A stretch of 62,406 nucleotides of DNA, the filler included, from Vannella sp. (taxonomy: Eukaryota), in the NCBI GenBank assembly GCA_023345925.1. It is 8 parts of 8 records of this genome, joined end to end, with 100 filler letters (N's around TTAATTAATTAA, not from the genome) between each part and the next. Parts side by side here need not be neighbours in the genome. Positions count along the whole stretch, not along the records: positions 17,425 to 24,585 come from JAJQQN010001087.1; positions 24,686 to 32,834 come from JAJQQN010000313.1; positions 32,935 to 39,289 come from JAJQQN010001223.1; 5 more parts are not named here. The stretch is one strand, 5' to 3'. The notes under the pieces were generated by a model that did no database searches, was not told the DNA's origin, and worked only from the letters and a program-made list of their open reading frames with translations. Below are positions 23,280 to 34,443 of the stretch, in pieces (the first letter of the stretch is position 1; each line of letters begins with the position of its first letter). A program made the position numbers and the translations under genes.

Positions 23280-23552
23280 TTAGGGGATACAACGGCAAAT
23301 GACGTTCTCGATCTTGCGCCGTTCGGGCACGATTTGGGGGCAGAAGAAGCGAATCAGGAAGAGTACAAAGCCACCCAGAACGAGACAGCCGCCCATGAGG
23401 AAAAGGAAGACGTACAAAGGCGGCTCGGGGACGAGAAAGAGCACCACGATCCCCACAATGATGAACACCGTTCCCATACAGATACAAGGTAACCCGCCGA
23501 TGGGCGCCAAGTACTTGCGAAAGAGATCTGCATTGTACAACGGTTTGGGCAT
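23280..23552 (-). CDS. Small two-TM membrane protein
   Basis: About 90 aa with two hydrophobic helices (ICMGTVFIIVGIVVLFLV; LYVFLFLMGGCLVLGGFVLFLI). Confidence 0.55.
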   Translation of the reverse strand: MPKPLYNADLFRKYLAPIGGLPCICMGTVFIIVGIVVLFLVPEPPLYVFLFLMGGCLVLGGFVLFLIRFFCPQIVPERRKIENVICRCIP

Positions 23553-23673
23553 GGCACCTTCCCCAAAGCCAAGCAATAATCAAGCAAAGAGCCCTATTTG
23601 AACAAGATTCTGATATATTGAATTCATAATCTTATTCACAGGTTTGCTGGTGACGTGGTTTGTTAAAATCGAA

Positions 23674-23730
23674 CCTTTCACCTTTCATTTCACCTTTCAT
23701 TTCACCTTTCATTTCACCTTTCATTTCACC
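23674..23730. repeat. 12-bp minisatellite (TTTCACCTTTCA) x about 4.5
   Basis: Perfect tandem array visible in the sequence. Confidence 0.95.
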
Positions 23731-24585
23731 ATTGGAGCAAACCGGACACCAAATGGTTATTTTCTGGTGGCTTCACCTTTGATGGCTCTTCCTTGGGATG
23801 GGAGGACCTGTTGGAAGCTGCGAGAGCTGAAAGCCTTCTTGGAGACCTACCCAGAGATGGTAAATCATGTAAGTTGTGCGTTGACAGCGGACGATACCAA
23901 GGGCTGTTGACGAAGAGGAGGATTCGTTTCTCATCAATGGTTGCGGTTCAGAAAGTAAGGCGATCCTTCTTGAATGAGAAGACTTATTGGGGCTGGTCAC
24001 CAGGCCGTAAGTCAGTTCAAAACAGTTGGACCCGCTCTGATCGCATTTATGCAGGGGAATGTAAGCCATCTAAATCCAACAGGAACCCTACAACTGACTG
24101 GCTGGCTGCCTAAGGGAGTAGGTGGAGTCAAAGTGATGATCAATCAAGTGTTCCAGGGTCGTAGCTCGGCTCGTCTCGTGAGCTCGCGAGTCGTGTTGAA
24201 AAACTAAACTAAACCCTTCCTGGTGAAATCAAAACATAAAATGGATCTATTTAAGACGATGCAAATCATTCTAAGCCATTTTTCTTGGCCATGGCCGAAC
24301 CTGGGTGGCTCCCCGTCTGATCAAGTATCTCGCGTACTTTGACTTGACGAGAACTCTTGCAGTGCGTAAACCACCCGGATGCAACTCAAGGTTGGTGCAG
24401 TGAACTCGGCTGCGATGGTGAGTACCTGTTCCTCTCATGGCTCTTCTCTGTTAAGCTTAACTTTGATGCCAACTTGATGGCTGCAGGCCTGATTCCGCAT
24501 CACGGAACCCTTCTTTGGTCGCCTTGAGAAGAACAGCCTCTTTGTCGCCAAAGGGAGCTCTTCACGCGTCTCTCCTGGTCGCTTC

Positions 24586-24685
24586 NNNNNNNNNNNNNNN
24601 NNNNNNNNNNNNNNNNNNNNNNNNNNNNNTTAATTAATTAANNNNNNNNNNNNNNNNNNNNNNNNNNNNNNNNNNNNNNNNNNNN
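24586..24685. other. Artificial contig linker
   Basis: N44-TTAATTAATTAA-N44. Confidence 0.98.
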
Positions 24686-25167
24686 AGGTACAGGACCCAA
24701 AAAGAGGATATGGAGGAGCATGGACATCTACATTGCACAAGCTTCGACCTGTGTGATGATGGGCAGGAGTACGGAGATCCACATGGAATGAACTTCGGAC
24801 AGACTGCTTGTGCTGTTTTGGTGGATGCGAAACGGTACAAACAGTCAGAGGTTGGTACTCCAGAATGAGGCCCCGAAAGGGGGGGCTACTGTGTGAGGAA
24901 CGGTGGAACATAATCCAATCCGGGGACGCAGGGGCTCGACACTGTTCGGCGGGCGTGTTTTTGCATTGCTTTGCTAATCTCTTGCTCCCTCTCTTCTCCT
25001 CCTAATTCAATTCGTGAGCCTCGGTCCCGCCCCAAGGTGTCAACACTAAAGGCTCGCTTTTGAGGCTCCTTCTTCTCTTCCTCTTCTTCCTCCTCTTCCT
25101 TCTCCCGAACATCCGTCCCCCGTATGAACTTATACAGAGCATGCAAGTTGTGTGAGATCCCCCTCAT
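24686..25167 (-). CDS. Hypothetical protein 5' part, truncated at contig edge
   Basis: ATG at 25167, poly-Glu charged exon and a branchpoint/acceptor-like CTCACACAG. Downstream frame unresolved. Confidence 0.3.
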
Positions 25168-25542
25168 CTCGCTCTCAGCCGACCGGTCGACACTAAAGAA
25201 TGAATGTCCGCCTGAACGAATGAAAAGCTGTTCTTAAAGAAACACCAAACCTAAGAATAGAATTGCTTCTCTTGGTGAGGATTGATTTCTTAAGGAATGG
25301 GCTCTTTGGGAAGTGCCATTCTTGGCTCTTTCGTGGAAAACAGAGATTCTCAAGGTTCCCGGTCTTAAGAAGCCCTTCTTCATGGCACTGATGAGAATCC
25401 GCGAGGTTAGGAGCACTCCCTGTCACCAGAAGGTTGATTTGTTGTTGGAGAGAGGAACGGGGAAAGAGAAAACCTTTCATTCAAAGAGATGACCATTCAG
25501 ATGATGCTGCTGACTTCATGTCTATTCAATAGATGGAAGAAA

Positions 25543-26757
25543 TCACACCTTGGGGGTGAACGTCAATAAGGCAGATCCCACAGCAGTGTCGGCTCCTCCG
25601 TAGTACAAGAGGAAGGTGTCAACTCCCACTTGCTCCCACCCTTCACAAAAGACCACATTGGGAGTGAGAGAGTGGACACCGATCTCCCACCCCAGCTCAG
25701 GACTAAGGAGGGGCTCGCTCGAGCGAGCAAGGATTTTGGTGGGATTGTCCCCATCAAGAACGGCCCATCCAATGTTATACTGCAGGAAGTAACCAGGCTT
25801 GGAGCTGGGGAATCCGGTGCGGGCAGAATTGTAGATGAAGAGGTAGTTGCCATCGGAAAGGAGAAGCGGCATTGGACCGGCTTCCACCAAGTCACTATCA
25901 AAGAAGTCTTTCCGGACGGGCATCCAAACCTCCTTCCCACTGACAAAGTGAATCATATCGTTAGTCCACGCTACTTGAAGGCCAGGAACATAGGAGGAGT
26001 CTCCATAGAAGAGGTAACTGGGTCCAGAATAGCCATCGCGGCACAGAAGTGCTCCAGACTTAGTCCACTGCGTCCCATTACTGTCCTTAAAGATGGGCCC
26101 GTGCCTTTTCCACTTCAAAGGATCAGTAGCTGTGGCTAACGATAACCTCACGTTGACAAAGGAGTCGTTCCCCTGCTGGACAGTTTGAACCGCACTAAGA
26201 CAGTCAATCTCCAAAGTGCCACGGCAGTTTGAAAGGAAGGATTGTTCACTATACCTGTAGAGAAGATAGTACATCTGATTGGATTCACGGAAGGTAACCC
26301 GAGGATCCTCCGTCCCGGCAGTTTCATACCAAGTCTCTGGCTCGAACACCACAGAAGAGGGCGTTATTGGGTCCACTTGGAAGCTATAAGAAGACCGATC
26401 ACTCAGGTTACTTGTAAATCCAGTCAAGGACATCACAGAAGGAGAGACAGCAAAAGGTTGCGGAGGAATGTAAGAACTGCTCTCATTCTGTTGGCACCGA
26501 ACAAGCAGCTTCTTTGCCCCTGGAGAAGCTTTTGACGGTCCCACAAAGGCAGGGTTGTAATTGTACGCAAAGGAGGAGTCAGAAGGACGAGTTTGACTGG
26601 TCCCCAGTCAGACAAGAAAGGAGAACAAGCCAACGTACGAGTCAATAAGAGGGCGCATTCCGTTCATCCTTTGAATGGTAAAATCATAACCCTGGCTCGT
26701 ATGGCAAACAACAAACGCCGCGAAACCAATCCCCAGGACCAACATGTTCCACTCCAT
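25543..26757 (-). CDS. Secreted GH130-family glycosidase (5-bladed propeller)
   Basis: Signal peptide, YNPAF, EDPRV, KSGAL, VEAGPMP, PNVVFCEG and YYGGAD; at least two short introns. Confidence 0.85.
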
Positions 26758-27168
26758 CTCCAAGCCGAACCCAAAAACTGTCCTTCTGGAACCTTCCAAT
26801 TCATCATCTCCTGGAGACCTTGAAGCGAGGGTTCTTGATAGACCATATAGGAACTAGAGACCTCCAGCAACCACCTGGCGGTCATGCTGTCACCGAAGAT
26901 GAAAGAGGATCCAATTGTCTTCATCCAACCCAGCGCCACAGCTGTCAATCCTTCGACGAGAAGCCAACCCCCTACAACTGAATAGTTTCTAGTCCTTCAA
27001 AGCGAGAGTACTGATGAGGACTCTATCAGTAAAGGAGAAAAGGTCCTCTGACCACCTGTTCATCCCACAAAGGTTTAAAAAACTACATTTTAACCAAAAC
27101 TCCACAGCTGTGATGTTTGCTAATGTGAGCGAAATAAACTTGCCATTTGGTCGAGCCAGCTCGTTGCT

Positions 27169-28708
27169 ATGCAGGTTCTCCGTTCTGCTGGACGCGCCTC
27201 CGCCCTTGGGCTTGCCCAAGTCCGCGGTAACAGCAAGATCTCTCAGATCATTCCCGACCTCTCTGCTCCCATTTTCCGCCGCCTGGCCAAGGTAGAGACA
27301 CTGGGAAACGGCATCCGTGTGGCCACCTACCCTGTAGAGTGCACCAACGCTGCCTCCGTTACTCTTCACGTTAAGACTGGAAGCAGATACGAGACAGAAG
27401 AGAACAACGGTGCTAACTTCTTCATTGAGAAGCTCGCTTTCGCTGTAAGTACCACCCCTGGTCACCCCCTTTTTTCCCCCTCTCGTGGGTGATCCCCCGC
27501 TCTTCTCTCCTCAACGTAGACTACCGGGAGGAGCATGAAAGTCGCTGATTATTCTTAAAAAATAGGGAAAGTCTCCTTCAGGCAAGAAGTCGCTCGCCGA
27601 GGCTATTGAGGACATCGGTGGCCACGTGCACCTGGACCACGGCAGAGAGCACACATCGTACACGATCAATGTTGAGGCCTCTCAGCTCCGTGTTGCTACT
27701 CAACTGATGGCTCAAATGGTGAACAACCTTTACAACATCACCCCTGACCAGGTCGAGGCTCTCCGCTACAGAGTTCTGAACGAGAAGGCTGTTCTGGAGA
27801 ATTGCGTGAACAATCAATCCCTTGACCACTTGCACGCTGTAGTGTATCAGCAAGGATCGTTGGGTCTTCCCATCCAAGGCAGCACCACCAACATCCAGAA
27901 GATGAACGCTCAGACTCTTTCCAATGTCGTTAACCGCTTCTACACTGCCGATAACATCAGTTTGGCTGTTGCTGGTGATGTTATTCCCTCTGAGTTTACC
28001 AAGGAGGCTGCGGAAGCATTCTCGAAGGTGTCCTTGTCTCGTGAAGCGATCTCTTCTGAGCCCTCGCGATACTTTGGTGCATTTGTCAACGACCGAACTG
28101 ATAGCTCCTCGGACAACGCCCAAGTAACGATCGCGTATGATGGCTGCAGCATTAGCTCTAGTGACGCGGTTCTTCTTTCTGTCGTTCGTGAGATCGTTGG
28201 CGACTACGACAAGTGGAGCGGAGTTGGAAACAACAGCTCCAGCCGCCTGGCTGAAGTCGCTGGTACTGAGAACCTTGCCGACTCTTTCCAGACCTTCTCC
28301 CAGAGCTACAGCGATGCTGGTCTCTTCGGAGTCACCGTGGCCACTCAAGGAAAGAACCTGGATAACCTCATCTGTGAGGTTTGCTCTGAGTTTGTGCGAT
28401 TGGCTCACAATGCTCGTCCCTCCGAGGTTGCTCGTGCCAAGCTCGCCCTCCAGAACAAGGTACTTCTCGGCCATGATGGTGTGAGCACTCTCAGCCGCAA
28501 GACCGCGTTCGAGACTGCTCAAGCAGGCCAAAACCACACTCTCAAGTCCAAGTTGGACCTGATCGATGAGGTCACTGTCGAACGTGTTCGAGACCTTTGC
28601 ACCAGAAAGTTCACGGATACCGAGCCTGGATTAGTCGGCATCGGAAGCACCCACTGGCTACCTGACTACAACCAAGTCCGTGGATGGACTCACTGGTGGA
28701 GAATCTAA
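27169..28708 (+). CDS. Mitochondrial M16 family protein, MPP-beta/complex III core 1 type, with degenerate zinc motif; intron 27445-27565
   Basis: Arg-rich presequence, TLGNGIRVAT, GSRYETEENNG, YSDAGLFG and C-terminal LPDYNQVRGWTHW. HxxEH is replaced by FFIEK. Confidence 0.9.
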
Positions 28709-28811
28709 GCACTTTCCGTTCCCCCACCACGCGCCACTCACACTCTCTTGATACTCCTCTGACACAATAAACTCGAATGAGTTCCGAACCACAGTTGGTG
28801 TATTCGTCAGT

Positions 28812-30840
28812 CTACTCGTCAGCTACTTGGACTGCCAAAGAGCGAACGTCGTCTTCGGCCTTTCGGATGCGCCAGTTGAGGATGGATTCGAACTCATAAC
28901 CGGAGAAGCTCTTGGCCTTCTTGAGGTATCCCAGGGCAGCTGATCCGTCCTTCTCTGCAATGGCAATCTCTACGAGTCCACAGTAGATGAAGGGAAGAGC
29001 GTAGAGGTCATTGTCCAGTCGCGCCAGGCATTCCTTCTCGCGGTCTAGCACAGCTTGGTAGTTGGCCTTGGCTTCGTCATAACGTTTCAGATGGGCTAAT
29101 GCAGCTCCTCGCAACTGCCCAGCTCTAGCCAAGTCGGAGATCGTCATCTCTTCGGACCTGCCAGCCTCCAGCAGCTCTGCCTCCCAGTTAGCTCCTCAGC
29201 AGGCACTCAAACTGACTCACCAAGAACTTTCTCATAGCGGCAACCTTCCTGTGAGATCATGGCTCGCTGATGAATGAGATCAAAGGCGGTGTACTTCTTC
29301 TGAAGGAACTTCTTCGCCTGGTGGCCAGCATACTCATCAAGAGCAAAGTTCTGTTACTCTGTGAGTTACTTTGAGGAGTCTTGTTTGCTTTGGTGGTACC
29401 TTGCGAACCCAGGGGCCCACCATCTTCATGTAAACGGTAGCTTCGTCGTTTTTGCCTCTCATGATCCAGCAGATGGCGATTTGGAAGGCACAGTAAGTGC
29501 GAAAAGCCTCTGCCTTGTTCTTCTTCAAGAAGTCAGAGAGGAGATCGCACGCTGGCTCCCATTCCATGAGGAGGAAGTGGTTGGTTCCCCTCTCGTACGT
29601 CATCTTCACTTGGAAGGCAGGGAGGGCAGGAACAGCAGCGCTAGCCCGTTCGAAGTACTCATGAGACTTCTCTATGTTACCTTGCTTGCGCTGAACGTAG
29701 CCGCTGGCGACCAAAATGGGAGGGCATGAAGGGAACCGTTCCGTCTCCATCTCCAGGATCTGATTGGAGACCTCATAGTTGCAATAAAAGAGAGCATACA
29801 GCCAACTCAAGACGAGGGCCGCCGCATGGGCTGCATCAAGAGTCTCAGTGTCAGAGTTCAAGTGACATTCAAGAGGTCCACTCACACCGCATGGCACTCT
29901 CGCAGCGCATGCTTCGCTGCATCTCTTCCATACCCAAGTCACGATCAGCCTTGAATCCAATACCTTCCACAATGAATTGGAACTGCCGGGGGACGATAGA
30001 GCAAGCAAAGTGATAGATCCCCACTCCAAAGTCCACCAGGCAGCGGATGTCTGCCAGCTGCGGGATCTCTTGGATGGCTCTCTCACTCTGGAAGAGGTGA
30101 TTGAGGTAATCATTGACCTCTTTGTAGTAAGTCCACGCTTTCTTGAAGTCGAGGACGCCCTTGAGGTACTTTAGCTCTCGGAACTTGACTCCAGAGTCCA
30201 TAAATGCCACCTCAGCAATGATCTATGCCTCCAGTGGTTAGAGCAAGCCTAGCAAGCAGAGCAAACACACCGCTCGGGCCCAGAGGGCGTTTGATACATG
30301 CTTGAGGTTGATGCCGGAGGCTGTTGTTAGTTCTCCTGAGCAGTCCACCTTCGGGAGGTTATCAAAGTCCACTTCTGTAGGCGTCACGCGTGAGTGGGAA
30401 GTCGCTTTGTCGGATGGTCTCACTGATGGGCTCTGCTTTGGGGTCAAAGGGGGGCAACTCAGCAAGGTACTGCTTCTACTCCCTATTGTAAGTCCTATCT
30501 ACTCGTATCCCTCGTTACAAATGGACAGGACTTACCAGAGCGGGCTTGCGGAGCTTGAAAAGAGCAGAACAGTCCTTCCTGATGGTCGTGTTGCGGGCGG
30601 TGGCAATATCAGCGTCTTCCTTCTCCTCAGAAAGAAAGTAACGACCGGTAGCCACCTTCACCTCATCATCAGACCCTTCCGCGTGGAGGAAAAGGGCGCA
30701 TCACTCACCTCGCTGTAAAGCAAGTCAAAGACCGGATGCTTCTTCTGCAGAGGCACCAATTTGGCCTCCGCCTCATCATAATGAGCAGTCCACGACATCT
30801 CGTAGATCTCCGCGGCCAGCTTCAAAGAGGCTTCGTCCAT
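28812..30840 (-). CDS. TTC39: TTC39/Iml2 family TPR protein, multi-exon
   Basis: FGVGIYHFACSIVPRQFQFIVEGIGFKADRDLGM matches the family core. TPR-like C-terminus ends AKSFSGYEFE. About 7 canonical introns. Confidence 0.8.
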
Positions 30841-30944
30841 ACTCACGGGATCCGAAGATAAAGTGGCTCAGTGTGAAGAGCAACTCCGATTTACTCGTAA
30901 TACAAGGCTGAATCCTTCATTAGAAGGGATTTGGGAGGAGAGGG

Positions 30945-32416
30945 ATGGCGAAGGCGGACCGAGGATGCTGTTGGAAGACGCTGTGGTGGTGTTTAGTGTT
31001 GGTATCGTGCGCGTTTATCAATGGAGGGATGGGGTATACACTTTCGATCATCTCTGCGCTGGGGACGGACGAGGTGCAGCAGTTTTATGGGATTTCCTCG
31101 TCCAAGTACTTTGTTCTCCTGTTTGTCTTCACTTTGCCCGACCTGGTCTTTCCTATTCTTGCAGGACTGATGATTGACCACTCTTTGGGTCCTCGGTATG
31201 CCCAGTCCTCCTTGCCACGGCTATCTTCTCACCGCGCTGATAGCTGGAGCCTGGTTCTCTTCTTCTTAGTCTCCTTCCTTGGCCAAGCGATCTGGAACAT
31301 CTCTGGTGCGCTAACCCCTCCTTCCTTCCATGTAGCCCTTGTTGGATACATGATCCTCGGGTGAGCCAGAGACGACCAATCTCTCCTCTGAAAGTCTAAC
31401 TCAAATAGCATTGGTACCGGCTGCTTGCTCACGGCCCAGTACACTATAGCAGCTTACTGGTTTGCTGGGAATCACTTGACAATGGCCTTCGCGGTGATCT
31501 TAATGGTTTCCCAGACAGTAAGAGAATTGACTTTCGGTGAGACACCAGATTCACTTAAAAGGACAGGCCCGGGGAGCTGGATCATTCGTCACTGATACCC
31601 TATCGAATAAGAGCATTCAAGAGGCTATCTTCGCTGGTACAGGGGTCCTCTTCACTTCCGTTTCCTTTGCGGCGATTCAGTTTTTCCTCTTAAAGAAGCA
31701 CAGAAAGAGTCTCGCTTCACCTCGCGATACCAATATCCCCTTGAACTTTAAAGTCTTCAGCATTATTGGCAGTAACTGCTTCCTGTTCTTCAGTGTCCTT
31801 TCCATCGTCTTATTCGTGTCCCAAATCAAGTCAGTATTTCACTTTGGCACTTCGAAAGGCTGACTCTATGAGAAGGTTTATTGCAGAGAAGCAATTTCAT
31901 ACCGATTTGACGTTAAATGTGTGGGGCTTTGTCATCTCAACAAGCTACTCGGCCATCATTCTGGTCGCTCATTTGGTGGACCGTATCGGCTTCAATCTCT
32001 TTTGGATGCTTGGGAGCTCCTTTAGTGTGTTTCTGGTAATGCTTGTCGTCCTGTTCTCGCCAGTAGTGCCGCTGTGGTTTGTCATGATTGTGGTGATAAC
32101 TGGGATTATCACTGGTGTCCTCTCTGCTCTCTGTTTGATGCCTTTTCTATTAAGAAGGAGAACTTGGGCGCAAGGGTACAGCTGGATCGTCGTTTCTTTA
32201 GCTGCAGGAAGTGACTTGGCAGGAATATTGCTTTTGATTTTCGCCACGGAACAAGAACTCCTCGTTTGGCTTTCCTTTGCTTCCGCTTGTGCCGCTCTTA
32301 CTACCATCATACTACTTCTGGTGTTTGACTGGCAGTACTCTTTTATACTTTCCCGGAGCAGCAGAGTCTGGCACGAGGTCCTTTGGGATCCTCTCGGCGA
32401 ACGGAGCTCAATCTAA
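30945..32416 (+). CDS. MFS transporter (MFSD1-like), multi-exon
   Basis: Series of hydrophobic helices with motif-A-like AGLMIDHSLGPR and HLVDRIG, joined by short GT-AG introns. Confidence 0.75.
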
Positions 32417-32834
32417 ACACTTATTCATGGACATATACCTCAATGAATCACTCACAAGCAGAGAATTGGCAACAGGGCTTGCGAAAGAGAGATAGAGAGC
32501 AGTTTAAGCTTGTCAATAAAGACACTTTCGATGCATTGGCGGCCTTTTCGGAGAGTCCATCCTCTTGGTGGTTAGTAAACTGTTTGGTTGGCTTTCATTA
32601 CACTCTGAACCTCTTCTCCTGGCCCACAACATCAAAGCGGGGGTTCACAGTACTTGTCTTCCAAACCAATCCATTGAAAGGTAGAGGAGAGGAGGAACCT
32701 TCCTTTCCAAGCCATTATGGACGGCAATGAACTGGCTAAAAAGGGAAATCTGGCATTTATTTTATGGATGAGAGGGACAAGAAGGCCGCGTTCTTCCGTC
32801 AGAAGGAAGATGGCAGCGGTGGGAGGGTTGGTAG

Positions 32835-32934
32835 NNNNNNNNNNNNNNNNNNNNNNNNNNNNNNNNNNNNNNNNNNNNTTAATTAATTAANNNNNNNNNN
32901 NNNNNNNNNNNNNNNNNNNNNNNNNNNNNNNNNN
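32835..32934. other. Artificial contig linker
   Basis: N44-TTAATTAATTAA-N44. Confidence 0.98.
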
Positions 32935-33218
32935 ACGTGAACCAAGAGGAGCTTCTATCAAGGATCTCATCACCTAACTCTTCGCTACTCTGTCCGTTTA
33001 CAAAGATAAACTTTGAATTGGCATGAAATGAACAGATTGGCTGACCAGTTCTCCAGTTTCCGAGTGTCACTGGCATTTCTCTTGAATAGTGTTCGTTGAT
33101 GAACAGAGGAAGTTTAGTGTCCCATTACAAATGGCCCTCTTCGAACCAAATGACAGGATTGGATGAGATTAGATCAGATTGTCGACGTTTGGGCTGATGG
33201 TTGGTAGATCCTCTCCCT

Positions 33219-34220
33219 TCATTCGTCTTGGGCTAAAACGATCACTTTGCCGACGCATCTTCCTCCCATTAGCTTACGGAAAGCATCTGAAACACCTTTT
33301 GAAGTGAAAGGGTAGGAAGAATCCACAACCGGTCGAAGCCGTCCACTTTTGATTAAGTCCACCACGGCTTGGAGAGATTCTCCGTCAGGATAGGCAGTGT
33401 GGAAGGTATAGCGAGGTGCAGAGGTGAACCAAGACGCTGCTTTGCGCCAAGCAATGCGGGCTCCCGCATCCACTAACGTGCTGGCTCCCAACTTGTCCTG
33501 TCGATCTCCAGCGATTGTGATGAAGTGGCCTCCTTGGAGGAAGGACTGCGCATGAACCCAAGACTCTGTTCCTCCAACACAGTCATAGATCAGCCGTATT
33601 CCCTCGTCCTTCCACTTTTCCCACCAGTTCTCCTCGTGGTAGTCACACACTTCGGCTCCCATCATGCGTACTAACTCAGCATTGCGAGGTGAGCATGTGG
33701 CGTATACTTTGGCACCCACAGCACGTGCGATCTGTACTCCCATGAGGCCTGTTGCTGTTGTTCCTCCTAAAACAAGGATTCCGTCTCCTTCCTGCAGATT
33801 GCCGACTCGCAAGCTCTGCCAACTGGTAACTCCCACAAGAGGAACGCCAGCTGCCTCAGCAATAGTGAGATCCTCAGGGCAAAGCACGCAGTGGGCCTCC
33901 GCAATGGCCACAACTTCGGCTGCGCAGCCCCTCCTGAGGCTTTGGTAGCCAATCACACGCTGTCCTACTTTAAAGCGACTGCCAGCATTGACTTCCAACA
34001 CCGTACCGCACACATCGAAGCCCGGAACAATCGGCCAGCTTTTTGTTGTTTCCACCAGCCCCAGGAGGCCCTGAATGAACTTGTAGTCGATAGGGTTGAA
34101 GCTAAAGGCCTCTTGCTTGACTAGCACAACCCCTGCCTCCAAACTAGGCTGTGGAAACCCCTTCACCACGCGGCAGACCTCAAAGGCGTCGCCGTAGCTC
34201 TCATAGACCACAGCTTTCAT
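33219..34220 (-). CDS. NADP-dependent MDR oxidoreductase (quinone reductase/RTN4IP1-like)
   Basis: MKAVVY, NPIDYK, PGFDVCG, EAAGVPLVGVT, VLGGTTATG and GKVIV; no zinc ligands. Confidence 0.9.
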   Translation of the reverse strand: MKAVVYESYGDAFEVCRVVKGFPQPSLEAGVVLVKQEAFSFNPIDYKFIQGLLGLVETTKSWPIVPGFDVCGTVLEVNAGSRFKVGQRVIGYQSLRRGCAAEVVAIAEAHCVLCPEDLTIAEAAGVPLVGVTSWQSLRVGNLQEGDGILVLGGTTATGLMGVQIARAVGAKVYATCSPRNAELVRMMGAEVCDYHEENWWEKWKDEGIRLIYDCVGGTESWVHAQSFLQGGHFITIAGDRQDKLGASTLVDAGARIAWRKAASWFTSAPRYTFHTAYPDGESLQAVVDLIKSGRLRPVVDSSYPFTSKGVSDAFRKLMGGRCVGKVIVLAQDE

Positions 34221-34443
34221 CACGCACCAAATGAGAACCAATTCCTCAGAAAGGCAATAAATGATTAAATTCACTCGCATTGGTCATCTTTAATTGCCCC
34301 AACAAAAAATCTCGTTCGTGTTGTCATCATAAACACGTGTTTATCTCATAATAATTGGGCTTGCGGGCTTGGTCCCGAGAGAAGGAGAAGACGAACGAGA
34401 AGGAAACGGACTGCACTCCCTTTCAAACATTCCTTTTACTGCG

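Noticed and set aside
27009..27052. CTGATGA in a hairpin, resembling a hammerhead core or C/D snoRNA
   Set aside because: No GAAA after stem II, and the box C to box D span (~40 nt) is too short.
27578..28537. Long antisense ORFs (this one, 2451-3290, 9476-10204, 6855-7304 and others)
   Set aside because: Shadows of real genes on the opposite strand, with no independent motifs.
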